In this document: in pieces, positions 1 to 10,400 of the stretch
Numbering within the stretch: the first letter of the stretch is position 1
Layout: the number at the start of each line of letters is the position of its first letter
Translations under genes and position numbers: made by a program
The notes under the pieces: generated by a model
Told to the model about the DNA's origin: nothing
Databases searched by the model: none
The model's input: the letters and a program-made list of their open reading frames with translations, nothing else
From: an uncultured virus (IMG/VR IMGVR_UViG_3300017593_000095)
Taxonomy: Duplodnaviria; Heunggongvirae; Uroviricota; Caudoviricetes
Virus record (IMG/VR): IMGVR_UViG_3300017593_000095
DNA length: 20,000 bases
Strand: one strand, 5' to 3'

Positions 1-1
1 T

Positions 2-3000
2 CCTATTTTGAATGCTTATTACAAAATTTTGACCCGAATTAACGAGGTCATGGCTCAGCCCGGGATTGGAGGTTTTATCACTACGATGAAGGCCGCTGGT
101 GCCGCCTCACTTGATTTGCTAGGACGTTTTGTAAAACTCGGAGCGCAGTTGTTTGTATTGATTGAGACTGTACATTTAGTTGAAAAGGCGTTAACAGCAC
201 TAAACGCAGCCTTTGACGTCTTTGGGATGACTCAGAGAACAGCTCTTGCTCCTCTATTCGTGATGAGAGATGGTATGGTCAAAACTAGTTTTACTGCCTC
301 GTCACTAAGCAAAGTTCTCAAGAGGTTAAGCGTTTACATTGGTACTACCTTTGTAAACTTCTTCAAAAACGGTGCCAAGGCTGTTAAAGGCCTTGTTGTA
401 GAGTTAAGAACTGCGATCTCCACATTAATGGCGACTAAAGTTCCCAAGGCCATTTTTGGCCCAGCTCTAGCATCTGCTATGGTTCCAGAAAGGGGTGTGA
501 TTAGGAAAGCTCTGGCTGCTAGTAAGTTGATGCAAGCGACTTTTATGGCCGAAGGGTTGGTGCTGGCGAAGAAGGTAACTCCTATGGTACAGAAGCACGC
601 TAAACAGGTTCGAGATTTGTACTTAATTACTCATGACGTCGCCGGAGCTCAACGGGAGTGGGCTAATACCATAATTACGTTTACTGGGGCGGCCGGGGGT
701 TTGTCTAAAGTATGGTACACTTTCTTAGGTGTCGTTACAAAAGTTAAAGGTGCCGTGTTAAAACTCATTAACATATTCAAAGGCTTTGCCAAGATTTTTG
801 GGATTATTTTGATCGTCATTCCCGCGGTGTATAAAGCCTTCAAAGAAGCGCTTATCCCGGCTTTTAAGGAAACTTTTGGGGAGTCCGAAACTTTTCGGGC
901 CGCGGTTTCTGCACTAGGGAAAGTTTTGGGTTGGTTAGGAAAAATCATTGTACAGATTGTTACTGGCCCCGTTAAGCTGTTTGCGACGGGAATCGCTGGG
1001 ACTGCAGGTGTTATTTCGTATGCACTGGGATTGATTATTAAGTACAGGGGCGTTCTTCTCCGCTTAACAGGACCTTTCTATTTACTCGGGAAGTCCGTCT
1101 TTAATGTGGGGAAGTGGTTCGGTATTTGGGGTAAGTCTGTTGACTCCTTGAACAAGAAACTTGACAGTGCTGGCGAGACTTTGATCAAGTTTGGAGAACG
1201 GTCTGCAGATAATGCTCGAGCTATAATTGGGCTGAACAAGGTACTACAGACTAACATCGATCGTACTGCGCGGTTGCGAAAGGAACTTGCTGAAGGAATG
1301 AAGAGACGACAAGAGGAACTGGGACTGAACCTTTCGTCTGCTAAGTCGTTGGAGCGAGTTGTTAACGCTATTCAGGAGTATCGAGATGCCTACCAAGAGT
1401 TCCTCGAAGTTCAAGATGAGATTGAGAAAGGTAGGACGACTGAGGGTAAGCAGTTAGAAGATGCAGAGGCTTTACATAGGAGAAGTACCGAAGCGGTTCA
1501 GGAGCTTTCGAAGGCGCGTTCCGCTCTTGCAGAGAATTTGAAGAAGCAGTTTGAAATTACAGGAGCCCAGATTAAGGAAACTAAAACGTTGGTAAGTTTG
1601 TACTCAAAGTACACTAAAGCTATTGGCGACGTTTCGACTGGACAAGTAGTTACTCTCAAAACTGGGCAAGCTATTTCACGGATTTGGCAAGGCTTAAATC
1701 AGATTACACAGGGAAACTTAAGTGGGATTAAGACAACCGCAGAAGCGTACAACTCGTTAGCAGGTATACTTCGTGATATGGCCTCTAAAGCTAGCCCTTC
1801 ACTACGGGCCGCGTTGGTAGCAGAAGCTAAGTCTTATGAGAAGCAAGCTGGTATACTAACTAAGGTAATGGAGAGGACCAAAGGGAAGGTCAAAATTGAT
1901 GAAAAATTAATCGAGACTTCCTTCAAAGTCTCCGCTGCCCAACGTGCTGTGAATGACGAATTACAAAGGCACCAAGCAATTTTGACTTACTTACATAAAT
2001 CGATTTCCGATACAACTGAGGGACTGGGTCAGTTCGCGAATGTGTATTCTAAAGATGTAACAGTCTCGGCCGAAACTGCCGCCCGTGTACAGCTCGCTTT
2101 AGCGAAGATCTCCGAAGTAGGTGCTCGTCGCTACGAAGAAGCTATCAATGGTAATATAGACTCTCTTAAAGTGTACCGGAACTATCTTGAAACAATTCAG
2201 AAGTCCCAGAACGACGAATTTGCCACTCTTGTTAAGGACGCAAAGGGGAGACAGCTCCTGAATGCTTACTTGGAAGCACAGATTCGAACCGTTGATAACT
2301 TGATAAAGTCTTATGAGAGTGAGTCTCAAGTTCATGTAACTTTATCGGCTCGTATAAAAGCACGACTCGCTACTTTGAAGGCGCAGAATAAGGTAACAAC
2401 GGAAACTCTGAAGCTTCGGAAACTTCTACTTGACCTTTGGAAGTCTGAGTTTAACCTCCATTCTCGGTTAAACGCCCTTACGTTACAGGGGTTGACTACA
2501 AGAGAAAAGAGAGCCCAAGCAGAACAGTATCTTAGCGAGGCTTTACAACAAAGTATCGAGCAGTATAGCAGAGCAGGACTTTCTCTCAAAGCCTTTGATG
2601 ATTACGAGAAAGGGGCTATTTCAACTACTACAGCCGTTAGACAGGCTCTGGTGCAATTACAAGGTCGTACCGACTTGTTAAGTAGGGCTATTAAGGAAAC
2701 CCTCTTAGAAGCTCTGTCTCGTGCTACATCTCAACAGCGTGAGTATGCGGCTATGACGATCCAAAGTGCGAGGCGGATTAAAGAACTCGAGAAAGTAATT
2801 CACCCTGTTTATACTACTTTTGGGAATTACTCGAATCTGATCGCTGATTTGGTTAATCGTTCTCGTGACCTAGCAAAGCAGACAGGGATTTCGGCCCTCG
2901 CCTTTGATTCCTCTACGGTTACTGTGAGTGAACTGGCTTCTTATCTCGCCCTTTTAAGCGCACATCAAGTTGATTACAACAATGTTTCAAAAGAGACCGC

Positions 3001-4507
3001 TCAAGAAGTTACCTCTCTAGTTGAGAAGTTACTCGAGCTGACCAGAGTTGATGTCCCCCAATGGGGGTCAAGCTTAGCTAATGTATTTGAGAGCTTACAA
3101 GGGAAGACTAAGGATTTCATTTCAGCGAATGATTACCTCAAACCCGCTCTCCTGAACGCTATCTTTGGATTTAGGGGGTTGGTTGACAGAGTCCGTGAGC
3201 TTGATGCTAACCTCGCTCCTGTTATACAAAGCGTGTTAGACAGCGCTTCGGCGATGTATGAAGCTAAGAGTTCTTCTTCGGCTTATAGTGAGGGGTTGAG
3301 TAAAATCACGAGTTTGGAAGAGCAAGTACGTACCGCCCTTAGTAGCGTACTCCCTCATTTAAACGCGCAAGTTCAGGCTTTAGCTAAAGGGAAAGTGCAA
3401 ACTGCTGACATGATCGCGAAGACTCAAGATTATGCTAGGATCGTTTCAATACTGGTTTCCCAGTTAAACACATTGACTGATGCTGAGGAACGTTTGCGAG
3501 AAAGCCGCCGTAAGAATTTGGAGTTGAGTTCCTCTTTGGTATTTTCCACTCAGCAACTTCATGAGAATGTGTCCGAGCTCGCTAACATTGCTGTACAAGA
3601 TCTGATTCAACAGTACCGACGAGCGGGTGTGGTACTGAGTGAATCGCAGAAACAAGCACTGGAGGACATAACAAGGACTATTACAGGTTACACAGAGTTA
3701 ACTGAGTTGGCTCGTAGACGAGTTGATACTTTTACGAAGTTCGTGGACGCTAAGCTGGCCGAACAAACACGCGCTTGGTCGCGCAATAAGGATGAAGTTG
3801 AAGCTTTTGCTAATGGCTTGAGGACTATTGGCGAGAGTGCAATGCAAGGAATCTTGAAGAACTATGCTGAGATTGGGGCGAAGATCGAGGAAATGGGCGG
3901 GTTCTTTGGCGCCCTCGGACAAATGACTCAAGAGGCTGTTGCGAGGACCGCTGCGAGCGCGTTTGATGAGTTGAACAGGGCAATAATTGATTCTATAGTA
4001 TACGGAAAGCGATTTCAGATGAACTGGCAGGAAATTTTGAGAAGCTTTACGGCAGGTCTTGCTCAGGCAATGCTACAGTTGTTAGAATTTAAACTAGCTA
4101 TGATGGCGCTGCAGGCGATGGGAATTCGAGTTCCTATGATGAGACGTGGGGGTTTGGTTCCTTTAAGGAGGCAGGCCGGCGGCCCGGTACCTGGGCAAGG
4201 ACGTGGAGATAGCGTCCCCGCTTTACTAGAACCAGGAGAATATGTTGTTCCAAGGCCTGTGGTAGAAAAAATAGGAGTTTCGTTCTTTGACGCGCTACGT
4301 AAAGGTGTTGTACCTCCGACGATAACACCTTTTCATTACCAAGCGGGAGGCTTGGTTACGCCGATGCAACAACAAACGCAGGAACCGAAGGTAACGGTTG
4401 TGACTATTTTCGATGAGAAGGAGCTTAATAAGTATTATAGCTCTCCCACTTATGGCAGGGTTGTTGCGAACAATGTAGGTGAGAGAATCGCGAGGAGGAC
4501 TAGCTAA
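2..4507 (+). CDS. Tail tape measure protein (5'-truncated; the frame is open from the window edge)
   Basis: >1499 aa, Ala/Leu/Lys/Glu-rich and helical. Hydrophobic segments lie in the N-terminal part (IFGIILIVIPAVY; VLGWLGKIIVQIVTG...YALGLII), followed by a long coiled-coil-like body. The C-terminal motif AGGPVPGQGRGDSVPALLEPGEYVV is typical of siphophage TMPs. The frame has no stop upstream of TTG at 8, so the real start is probably outside the window. Confidence 0.92.
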   Translation, partial: PILNAYYKILTRINEVMAQPGIGGFITTMKAAGAASLDLLGRFVKLGAQLFVLIETVHLVEKALTALNAAFDVFGMTQRTALAPLFVMRDGMVKTSFTASSLSKVLKRLSVYIGTTFVNFFKNGAKAVKGLVVELRTAISTLMATKVPKAIFGPALASAMVPERGVIRKALAASKLMQATFMAEGLVLAKKVTPMVQKHAKQVRDLYLITHDVAGAQREWANTIITFTGAAGGLSKVWYTFLGVVTKVKGAVLKLINIFKGFAKIFGIILIVIPAVYKAFKEALIPAFKETFGESETFRAAVSALGKVLGWLGKIIVQIVTGPVKLFATGIAGTAGVISYALGLIIKYRGVLLRLTGPFYLLGKSVFNVGKWFGIWGKSVDSLNKKLDSAGETLIKFGERSADNARAIIGLNKVLQTNIDRTARLRKELAEGMKRRQEELGLNLSSAKSLERVVNAIQEYRDAYQEFLEVQDEIEKGRTTEGKQLEDAEALHRRSTEAVQELSKARSALAENLKKQFEITGAQIKETKTLVSLYSKYTKAIGDVSTGQVVTLKTGQAISRIWQGLNQITQGNLSGIKTTAEAYNSLAGILRDMASKASPSLRAALVAEAKSYEKQAGILTKVMERTKGKVKIDEKLIETSFKVSAAQRAVNDELQRHQAILTYLHKSISDTTEGLGQFANVYSKDVTVSAETAARVQLALAKISEVGARRYEEAINGNIDSLKVYRNYLETIQKSQNDEFATLVKDAKGRQLLNAYLEAQIRTVDNLIKSYESESQVHVTLSARIKARLATLKAQNKVTTETLKLRKLLLDLWKSEFNLHSRLNALTLQGLTTREKRAQAEQYLSEALQQSIEQYSRAGLSLKAFDDYEKGAISTTTAVRQALVQLQGRTDLLSRAIKETLLEALSRATSQQREYAAMTIQSARRIKELEKVIHPVYTTFGNYSNLIADLVNRSRDLAKQTGISALAFDSSTVTVSELASYLALLSAHQVDYNNVSKETAQEVTSLVEKLLELTRVDVPQWGSSLANVFESLQGKTKDFISANDYLKPALLNAIFGFRGLVDRVRELDANLAPVIQSVLDSASAMYEAKSSSSAYSEGLSKITSLEEQVRTALSSVLPHLNAQVQALAKGKVQTADMIAKTQDYARIVSILVSQLNTLTDAEERLRESRRKNLELSSSLVFSTQQLHENVSELANIAVQDLIQQYRRAGVVLSESQKQALEDITRTITGYTELTELARRRVDTFTKFVDAKLAEQTRAWSRNKDEVEAFANGLRTIGESAMQGILKNYAEIGAKIEEMGGFFGALGQMTQEAVARTAASAFDELNRAIIDSIVYGKRFQMNWQEILRSFTAGLAQAMLQLLEFKLAMMALQAMGIRVPMMRRGGLVPLRRQAGGPVPGQGRGDSVPALLEPGEYVVPRPVVEKIGVSFFDALRKGVVPPTITPFHYQAGGLVTPMQQQTQEPKVTVVTIFDEKELNKYYSSPTYGRVVANNVGERIARRTS

Positions 4508-5481
4508 TGGCTTTTAGAAAAACGTCTGGAACTGTATCTTCGCTGTCGGATTTATTTGCTCGAATTAGGACTTTCTTTGTTGGCTCTCTCGGATGGACAC
4601 AAGTTCACTCAGGAACTCAAATGGGGAGTGCTTACTACTTTTATCATAGTACAGGAGAGGCTGGAAATAAAGACATTTACATTGGTGTTAGATCTTTCCG
4701 GCGCAGTAGCACTTTGTGCGGCTTTCAGTTTACAGCTTGTACAGATATAAACACGTCGGAGGATTTCGATAGTCAGCCGGGGGGTTTTGGAACTCCAGAC
4801 TGTTGTTGCTGCCAGTTTGTAAGGTATCCTATCTTAAGCGCTGTTGATGATGGGACGTCGATGGCGTATTGGTTTATTGGGGATAAGGATTTTGCATTTC
4901 TTTTGTTTAGAATTGGTTCTAAATATTTATCAGCTTACGTGGGGTTGATTAATTCGTACTGGAGTGATTACCCTTTACCATTAGTAGTTCTTGGTTCTTT
5001 AACCTTCGACCCCTATCTTAGATTTGGCTGTACTAGCGTTTGTTGGCGTGATCGTCAGCTTGCAATCCCGTATCGCCGGAATCTGGGGAGTGGTGAAGGT
5101 TATGACGCCTTTTTCGGTTGCTGTGGTTCCTGGCTTCGAAATTGCGGAAATACTGAGTGGTTTCGCCGCTTTGTAACTAATTGTGTAGATAGTTATAATA
5201 ACTGTGAATTTCTAAGCCATACTAATTCTTGTTGGTGGTTGGTTACTTACTTCTATTGCCAATCGTATTCGACCCGGTCTCAAGGGCACGTTTTATTTCC
5301 TATTTATGTCGGGAGCCCAGAGATTGACCTACTCGGTGAGTTGAAATATGTTTACTATTCATACTTTTATGGTAATGTACCGTCTGAGTCTACTATTTAC
5401 GTTGGGGGCGACCCTTACTTGGTTTTTGTAAGTACTTATGGAGAAGACTCCGTTTCAATAGCAATAAGGGATTACGAATAA
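4507..5481 (+). CDS. Virion/tail structural protein, Cys-rich (paralogue A)
   Basis: Follows the TMP with a TAATG overlap. The N-terminus MAFRKTSGT..L..L...FF...GW resembles post-TMP virion proteins of D3112/YuA-like siphophages (recalled similarity). Shares collinear motifs with the next ORF. Confidence 0.75.
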   Translation: MAFRKTSGTVSSLSDLFARIRTFFVGSLGWTQVHSGTQMGSAYYFYHSTGEAGNKDIYIGVRSFRRSSTLCGFQFTACTDINTSEDFDSQPGGFGTPDCCCCQFVRYPILSAVDDGTSMAYWFIGDKDFAFLLFRIGSKYLSAYVGLINSYWSDYPLPLVVLGSLTFDPYLRFGCTSVCWRDRQLAIPYRRNLGSGEGYDAFFGCCGSWLRNCGNTEWFRRFVTNCVDSYNNCEFLSHTNSCWWLVTYFYCQSYSTRSQGHVLFPIYVGSPEIDLLGELKYVYYSYFYGNVPSESTIYVGGDPYLVFVSTYGEDSVSIAIRDYE

Positions 5482-6431
5482 TGGCATATCATATAGAACA
5501 CTTAACTGATATAAACGGGCCTCAAGCGTTATACAACGCCTTGATTGACTTTATGACAAGTACGTTAGGGTGGGAAGTCAAGAAAACTGGAACTACTGGA
5601 GGTAGTTACGGAAGAGATTATACTATCCTTTATTCTAGCGGCGAATCAGAGCAAGAAGATATTTACGTTGGATTTAGTTGGTATTATCGTACTAATATTC
5701 GTTGCGGCATTCAAGTAAACGCTTATACAGGGTTCGACAGTGCTTACGGCTTTAGTAGTTTAGGTTCTCTAAATACGGAGAAGTCCCACGGTGTTTATAG
5801 GTGGTTGCCCACCGTACTACTTCAGGACACAAATTACGATCACGTGTGGTTTTGTGGAGATAAAGATAGTTGTTTCGGTGTAGTTAGGTGTGTTACTATT
5901 TACCCCCACTTTTGTGTTGGCCTCTTACGACGTTATTGGTCACGGTATTTTGATCCTTACCCTCTTTATGCGTTTGGAACTTTCAGTGGCGGATACAATT
6001 ACCCTTATGACTATGACTGGAACGACTCTTCGCGGTTCAGAGGAATCAGTTCTTACCGACATGGGGATTACTGTAGAGATTACTTGTGGTACAATCAGGA
6101 TACTTGGCATTCGGATTTTGGTTACTACCCCGTGGATCCTGGTACAGGAGATACTATGCGACATGAACATCCTGAAAGAAAAAAGAAAATCTTTACCGCT
6201 AATATGTTTATCCACGCAATGGAACTGCCTAACAACGAGAAAGCTATTGCCCCTTTTATGATCGCCGATGAGACAGGTATACGCGGCGAAATTAAGTGGG
6301 TTTATAAGTTATCTCGAGCTGTTGGGCTGGATCCGGAGGACGAAGTTACAATTAACTCGGCTTCGTACAAAGTATTCCCTGGTACAGTAGATCTGAATCT
6401 CTCAAGATGGTTTGCAATTAGACTCGCTTAG
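5481..6431 (+). CDS. Virion/tail structural protein (paralogue B)
   Basis: TAATG overlap with the previous gene. Motifs LGW, SGESEQEDIYVG, WFCGDKD, VGLLRRYWS and GEIKWVY match the previous ORF. Confidence 0.75.
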   Translation: MAYHIEHLTDINGPQALYNALIDFMTSTLGWEVKKTGTTGGSYGRDYTILYSSGESEQEDIYVGFSWYYRTNIRCGIQVNAYTGFDSAYGFSSLGSLNTEKSHGVYRWLPTVLLQDTNYDHVWFCGDKDSCFGVVRCVTIYPHFCVGLLRRYWSRYFDPYPLYAFGTFSGGYNYPYDYDWNDSSRFRGISSYRHGDYCRDYLWYNQDTWHSDFGYYPVDPGTGDTMRHEHPERKKKIFTANMFIHAMELPNNEKAIAPFMIADETGIRGEIKWVYKLSRAVGLDPEDEVTINSASYKVFPGTVDLNLSRWFAIRLA

Positions 6432-6444
6432 GAGTTAATTGAGC

Positions 6445-7392
6445 ATGGGTGTGATTAAACTCTATAAGTCAAAAATTGTTAACGATTCGGAGTTCAACGG
6501 AGGTTATGAAGATTGCTCGTCCGAGATTTTCTCAGGACAATATGAGAACCTTTTTCCAGATGTCTCGCCCTCCGAACGTGCTTCTGGGTACGTTCGTTAT
6601 CGAAAGTTCTTCGTTCACGCAACTGCTCAAACTATCTCTAGTTCGTACGTAGGAATCTTTGACAGGAGCCCTGCAGGAGATTATTTTAGACTTCACGCAG
6701 CAACTGTTGCTCAGACTCAAGGAAGTTTACTCGCACTTCCTTCGCACAAGTGGTATGGTACTGGTAGGATTACCCAACCCGTTGCCTCTGGGGCTACAGT
6801 TGTAGTTGCGTCTTTTGATGGTGATGTCCCTGATATTGAAGTGAACGATACCGTTCTTTTGGCTAGTGCGACTGATAATGAACTGCATACTGTGGCCGCT
6901 GTTACCAGTTCCGGACTGAGTGTAACCGTTACTTTGAGTAATGGTACTAACCACTCGTACGATACGGGTTCTCGTTTGTGCCACTTACTTCCGTTGGGTA
7001 GTATTGCCCCTAGTTACTCTGATTGGTTGGAGTCTAGCTCTTCAGGGACTTATGATGAAGTGAATTACCCTCCTAGTGTGTATAATGTGGGGACGGTTGA
7101 AGATGTTTGGACTTTGACGTTTTATAGTTCCTCTGCGTTTACGTGTGTAGGTTTAACTACGGGAACTGTTGGAACAGGAGATATTAACAACGATTTTTCG
7201 CCCAGTAATCCTGTGGGGGGCACCTATTTCACACTCTACGCCTCCGGTTGGGGAGGTTCATGGCAGTCTGGAGATTCTGTCTCGTTTAAAACTCACCCGT
7301 CTTCGAAGCCTGCTTGGGCTAAAGAAGTTATCCCTGCGGGCGCTGCGCCTTGTTTCTCGAATGAGGTGCCCTTTATTGTGATCTATGCTTAA
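6445..7392 (+). CDS. Phage tail/virion protein, Ser/Thr/Gly-rich beta protein
   Basis: ATG at 6445 lies 10 nt after GGAG (6431-6434); TTG at 6439 is an alternative start. The N-terminal motif IKLYKS...NGG...I.SG..ENLFPDVS..ER.SG..RYRKFF is a recurrent phage tail-protein signature. Confidence 0.7.
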   Translation: MGVIKLYKSKIVNDSEFNGGYEDCSSEIFSGQYENLFPDVSPSERASGYVRYRKFFVHATAQTISSSYVGIFDRSPAGDYFRLHAATVAQTQGSLLALPSHKWYGTGRITQPVASGATVVVASFDGDVPDIEVNDTVLLASATDNELHTVAAVTSSGLSVTVTLSNGTNHSYDTGSRLCHLLPLGSIAPSYSDWLESSSSGTYDEVNYPPSVYNVGTVEDVWTLTFYSSSAFTCVGLTTGTVGTGDINNDFSPSNPVGGTYFTLYASGWGGSWQSGDSVSFKTHPSSKPAWAKEVIPAGAAPCFSNEVPFIVIYA

Positions 7393-7486
7393 GGGGACCC
7401 AGATGACTCTTAAGACGACTACTCCAATTCTCGAGTCTTACACTCCTAGTGGGCTACTGCGATTATAACTTAAGGAGAGGAAGTAA

Positions 7487-10400
7487 ATGGGCTGGCTCCC
7501 AGAATATTCACACAGAATCAGGTTCAAGATTGATCATGCAAAGATTGACTCTGATCTTACTCACTTCCCTATTACCCTCTTCTTGACTGAAGATAATGCT
7601 GATGCAGTCTTTAATGAACTGGGTTCTAACTATAAGAAGATTGCAGTTACTTCTGATGATGGTACTACTCAACTTTATGTAGAAGTTGAAGTATGGGACT
7701 CAGCGAATAAACAGGCAGTTCTCCATATTTCTAGGTCGTCTTGGACTATTTCGTCATCTTCAGATACTTATTTTTATCTTTACTACGACGCGTCTGTTGC
7801 AGACAACACAACTTACGTTGGAGATCCTGGAGATTCTGTTGCTGCAAATGTTTGGGATGACAACTTTAAAGCGGTTTACCATTTATCTCAAAATCCCACA
7901 GGAGGCAATGGATGTATTAAAGATAGCACCAGCAACAATAATGACGGTACTCCTCATGGAAGTATGACTTCAGATGATTTAGTTGATGGGGGGGTAGGAA
8001 AGGCTCTGGACTTCGACGGAAGTGACGACTATGTGGATTGTGGGAGCGACGGCAGCTTGGATATTACTGGTCCTCTTACAATAGAGTCAGTTGTGAAGTT
8101 ATCTTCTACAGGCGGGAGTCAAGCTTTTTTTGAAGGGCGTCTGCAATATACATTGTGGGTGAATTCAAGTGGTAGAGTACGCCTTGCAGACACGCAAGGT
8201 AACTACTGTGATTCAGATTCTGGTGATTTTGCCTGGGATGTTTATCAGTACGTAGCTGGCAAGTTTTCGGGTTCTTCTGGAGACTCTATTACCACGTCCA
8301 ATGCTGCTGTTTTTATAAACGACGCTAATGTAACAGCAGCTACGGGAGGTACGTGGTTGCCACAGTCTCTTTCTACTGCTGTAATTGCGTGTTCTCCTCA
8401 AGCTACGCCCATCTCTTTTGCAGATGGTTTGATAGACGAAGTAAGAATTTCCAACGTGGCTCGTTCCGATGCTTGGATCAAGGCGACTTATTATTCTTTA
8501 TTTAATAGTTTGATAACTGTTTGTGAGCATGTAACGGCGTGGAGTTATAGAAAGAAAATTACTATTTCTGGTTCTCCAGGAGCCGGAACAGGTTATCAAG
8601 TCCTTTTAAAAGTAGGAGAAAGTTCTGGAGCTAGTAACTGTGATTTCCATGTTGAAGGGCATTCTGCCAAGTTCCCTTCAGGAACCAATGATTCAGGAGA
8701 CCTTCGTTTTGTAGATAACGATGGTTCTACTTTTTTAAACTTCTGGGTTGAGAAGGTAGAAGGTGAGGCACCCAATAGAGTAGCTTATTGTTGGGTTAAG
8801 ATAAACGACAACTTAGATTCGGATGTGAATATTTACTGTTATTATGGCAACCCTGGGACAGGTAATGTAAGCAACGGGAAAAATACGTTTGAGTTCTTTG
8901 ACGATTTTAGCATTGACTCACTTTCAAACTATGATCTGATTTCGGTGTTTCACTTCGGCGACGGTACTGATGATAAAACAGCAGGAACTTATGATGTAGT
9001 TAATCAGAGAGTAAACATTAACACTGGTGATAACCTTGAAACGGTTTATTCCCCGAAAAATTTTACCATCAGAAATTTTCATGCCCAGGCTAAGTTTCTT
9101 GTTTCAGGAGGCTACCCGTATGGTGCTACGGGTACTGTAGTAGGACGGTATCAAGATGACAACAATATGTACACAGGCCAAAAGGCAGCACAACAGTATA
9201 GTGAGACTGGGGGGACAGGTTCTTATTGTAGTTATACATCACCAATAATACGTAAGTGGGTTGCTAGTACCGAGAGTGACATTGCTACACCCCCGTCAAA
9301 TAATTACATTCCAATGAATACTGAAACTATACTAGCTCTAGCAATATATGAAAACAATATAAAATTCTTTGTTGACGGTTCAGAGGTTTTATCGACTACA
9401 GACTCTGATTTATCTGATGCAGGCAGGGTGGCATTTGGAGCGGGTCAGTGGGAGGGCTGGCTGGATGAGATCAGAGTCCGTAAATATGTGTCTCCCGAAC
9501 CTTCTTTCTCTACTGCAGGAGACGAAGAGCAACTTGTCGGCCCTACCTGGTATCAGGCTATTTCTTGTATTCGAAATCGCCTTTACGAGATTGCCTACAA
9601 TTCTAAACATTACCTTACTTCTACCTTTTATATGTTCTTTAGAATTTGGGGAGGTGATATTACTAAAGTCAAGAACAAAGTATTTGCTGATGCGTTAACT
9701 TTAATAGCCAACCAAGTTCGATCCTATCAGCTCGTGGTCCCTCATTTGATTCAACATTGGGACGGCCCTGAAGGTGATTACCGGCTCGTTCCTCCTTCTA
9801 CTCGCGAACGTCCATGGTGGTGGTGGCCTTATTCTTGCGGTGAACCCGTATCTAAAGGGCAGGAGGGTATTAACTATTCACGTATTTCGAAGGATCGTCG
9901 TTACGACACGTTTTTCTCCCCCCAACGGTATTATTGGGGTGTAATAGTAGGGACACCGTACTCACGAACTCCCTCATCTTACGCAGGTAAAACAATTGAG
10001 GACAAACCAAAGAATTTCTTCTGGAACAGAGTTTACGTTGTCCCTACAAAAATTGATTTCGGATTTACTAAGGTAGGTTCGTCTCGGTTAATTCACATTT
10101 TACATCGTTATGAAGACACCTCTCACGATTTACAATCTGTTTCTTCTTCGGATCCTACGTTTTCGGTAACTCTTCCTGAGCCTTTGCCTCACACTATGGC
10201 TCCCGGGGCTGAGATGGACGGTCTTGTGAATGTGGCACAGGTGGGGGCAGTGAGAGTAGTAGACGCGCCCATCTACTTCCATTTTGATACAGTAGGAGAC
10301 GCCATTTGTTATGTTTCTGCTACGTTCGCTATAGTCCTCTTGAAACCGAGAAAGTATGATCAATGGAATACACCTCATACTTTTCAGAAGATAAAGTTCA

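Noticed and set aside
649..4328. Minus-strand ORFs inside the TMP (649-948, 2099-2335, 2332-2589, 3464-3655, 3698-3931, 4134-4328)
   Set aside because: Short, fully antisense to a long well-supported gene, and without recognisable motifs; shadow ORFs.
9647..9670. Internal GGAGGTG Shine-Dalgarno-like sequence in the 1330-aa gene suggesting an internal start
   Set aside because: No in-frame ATG/GTG/TTG at a suitable spacing; it simply encodes W-G-G-D.
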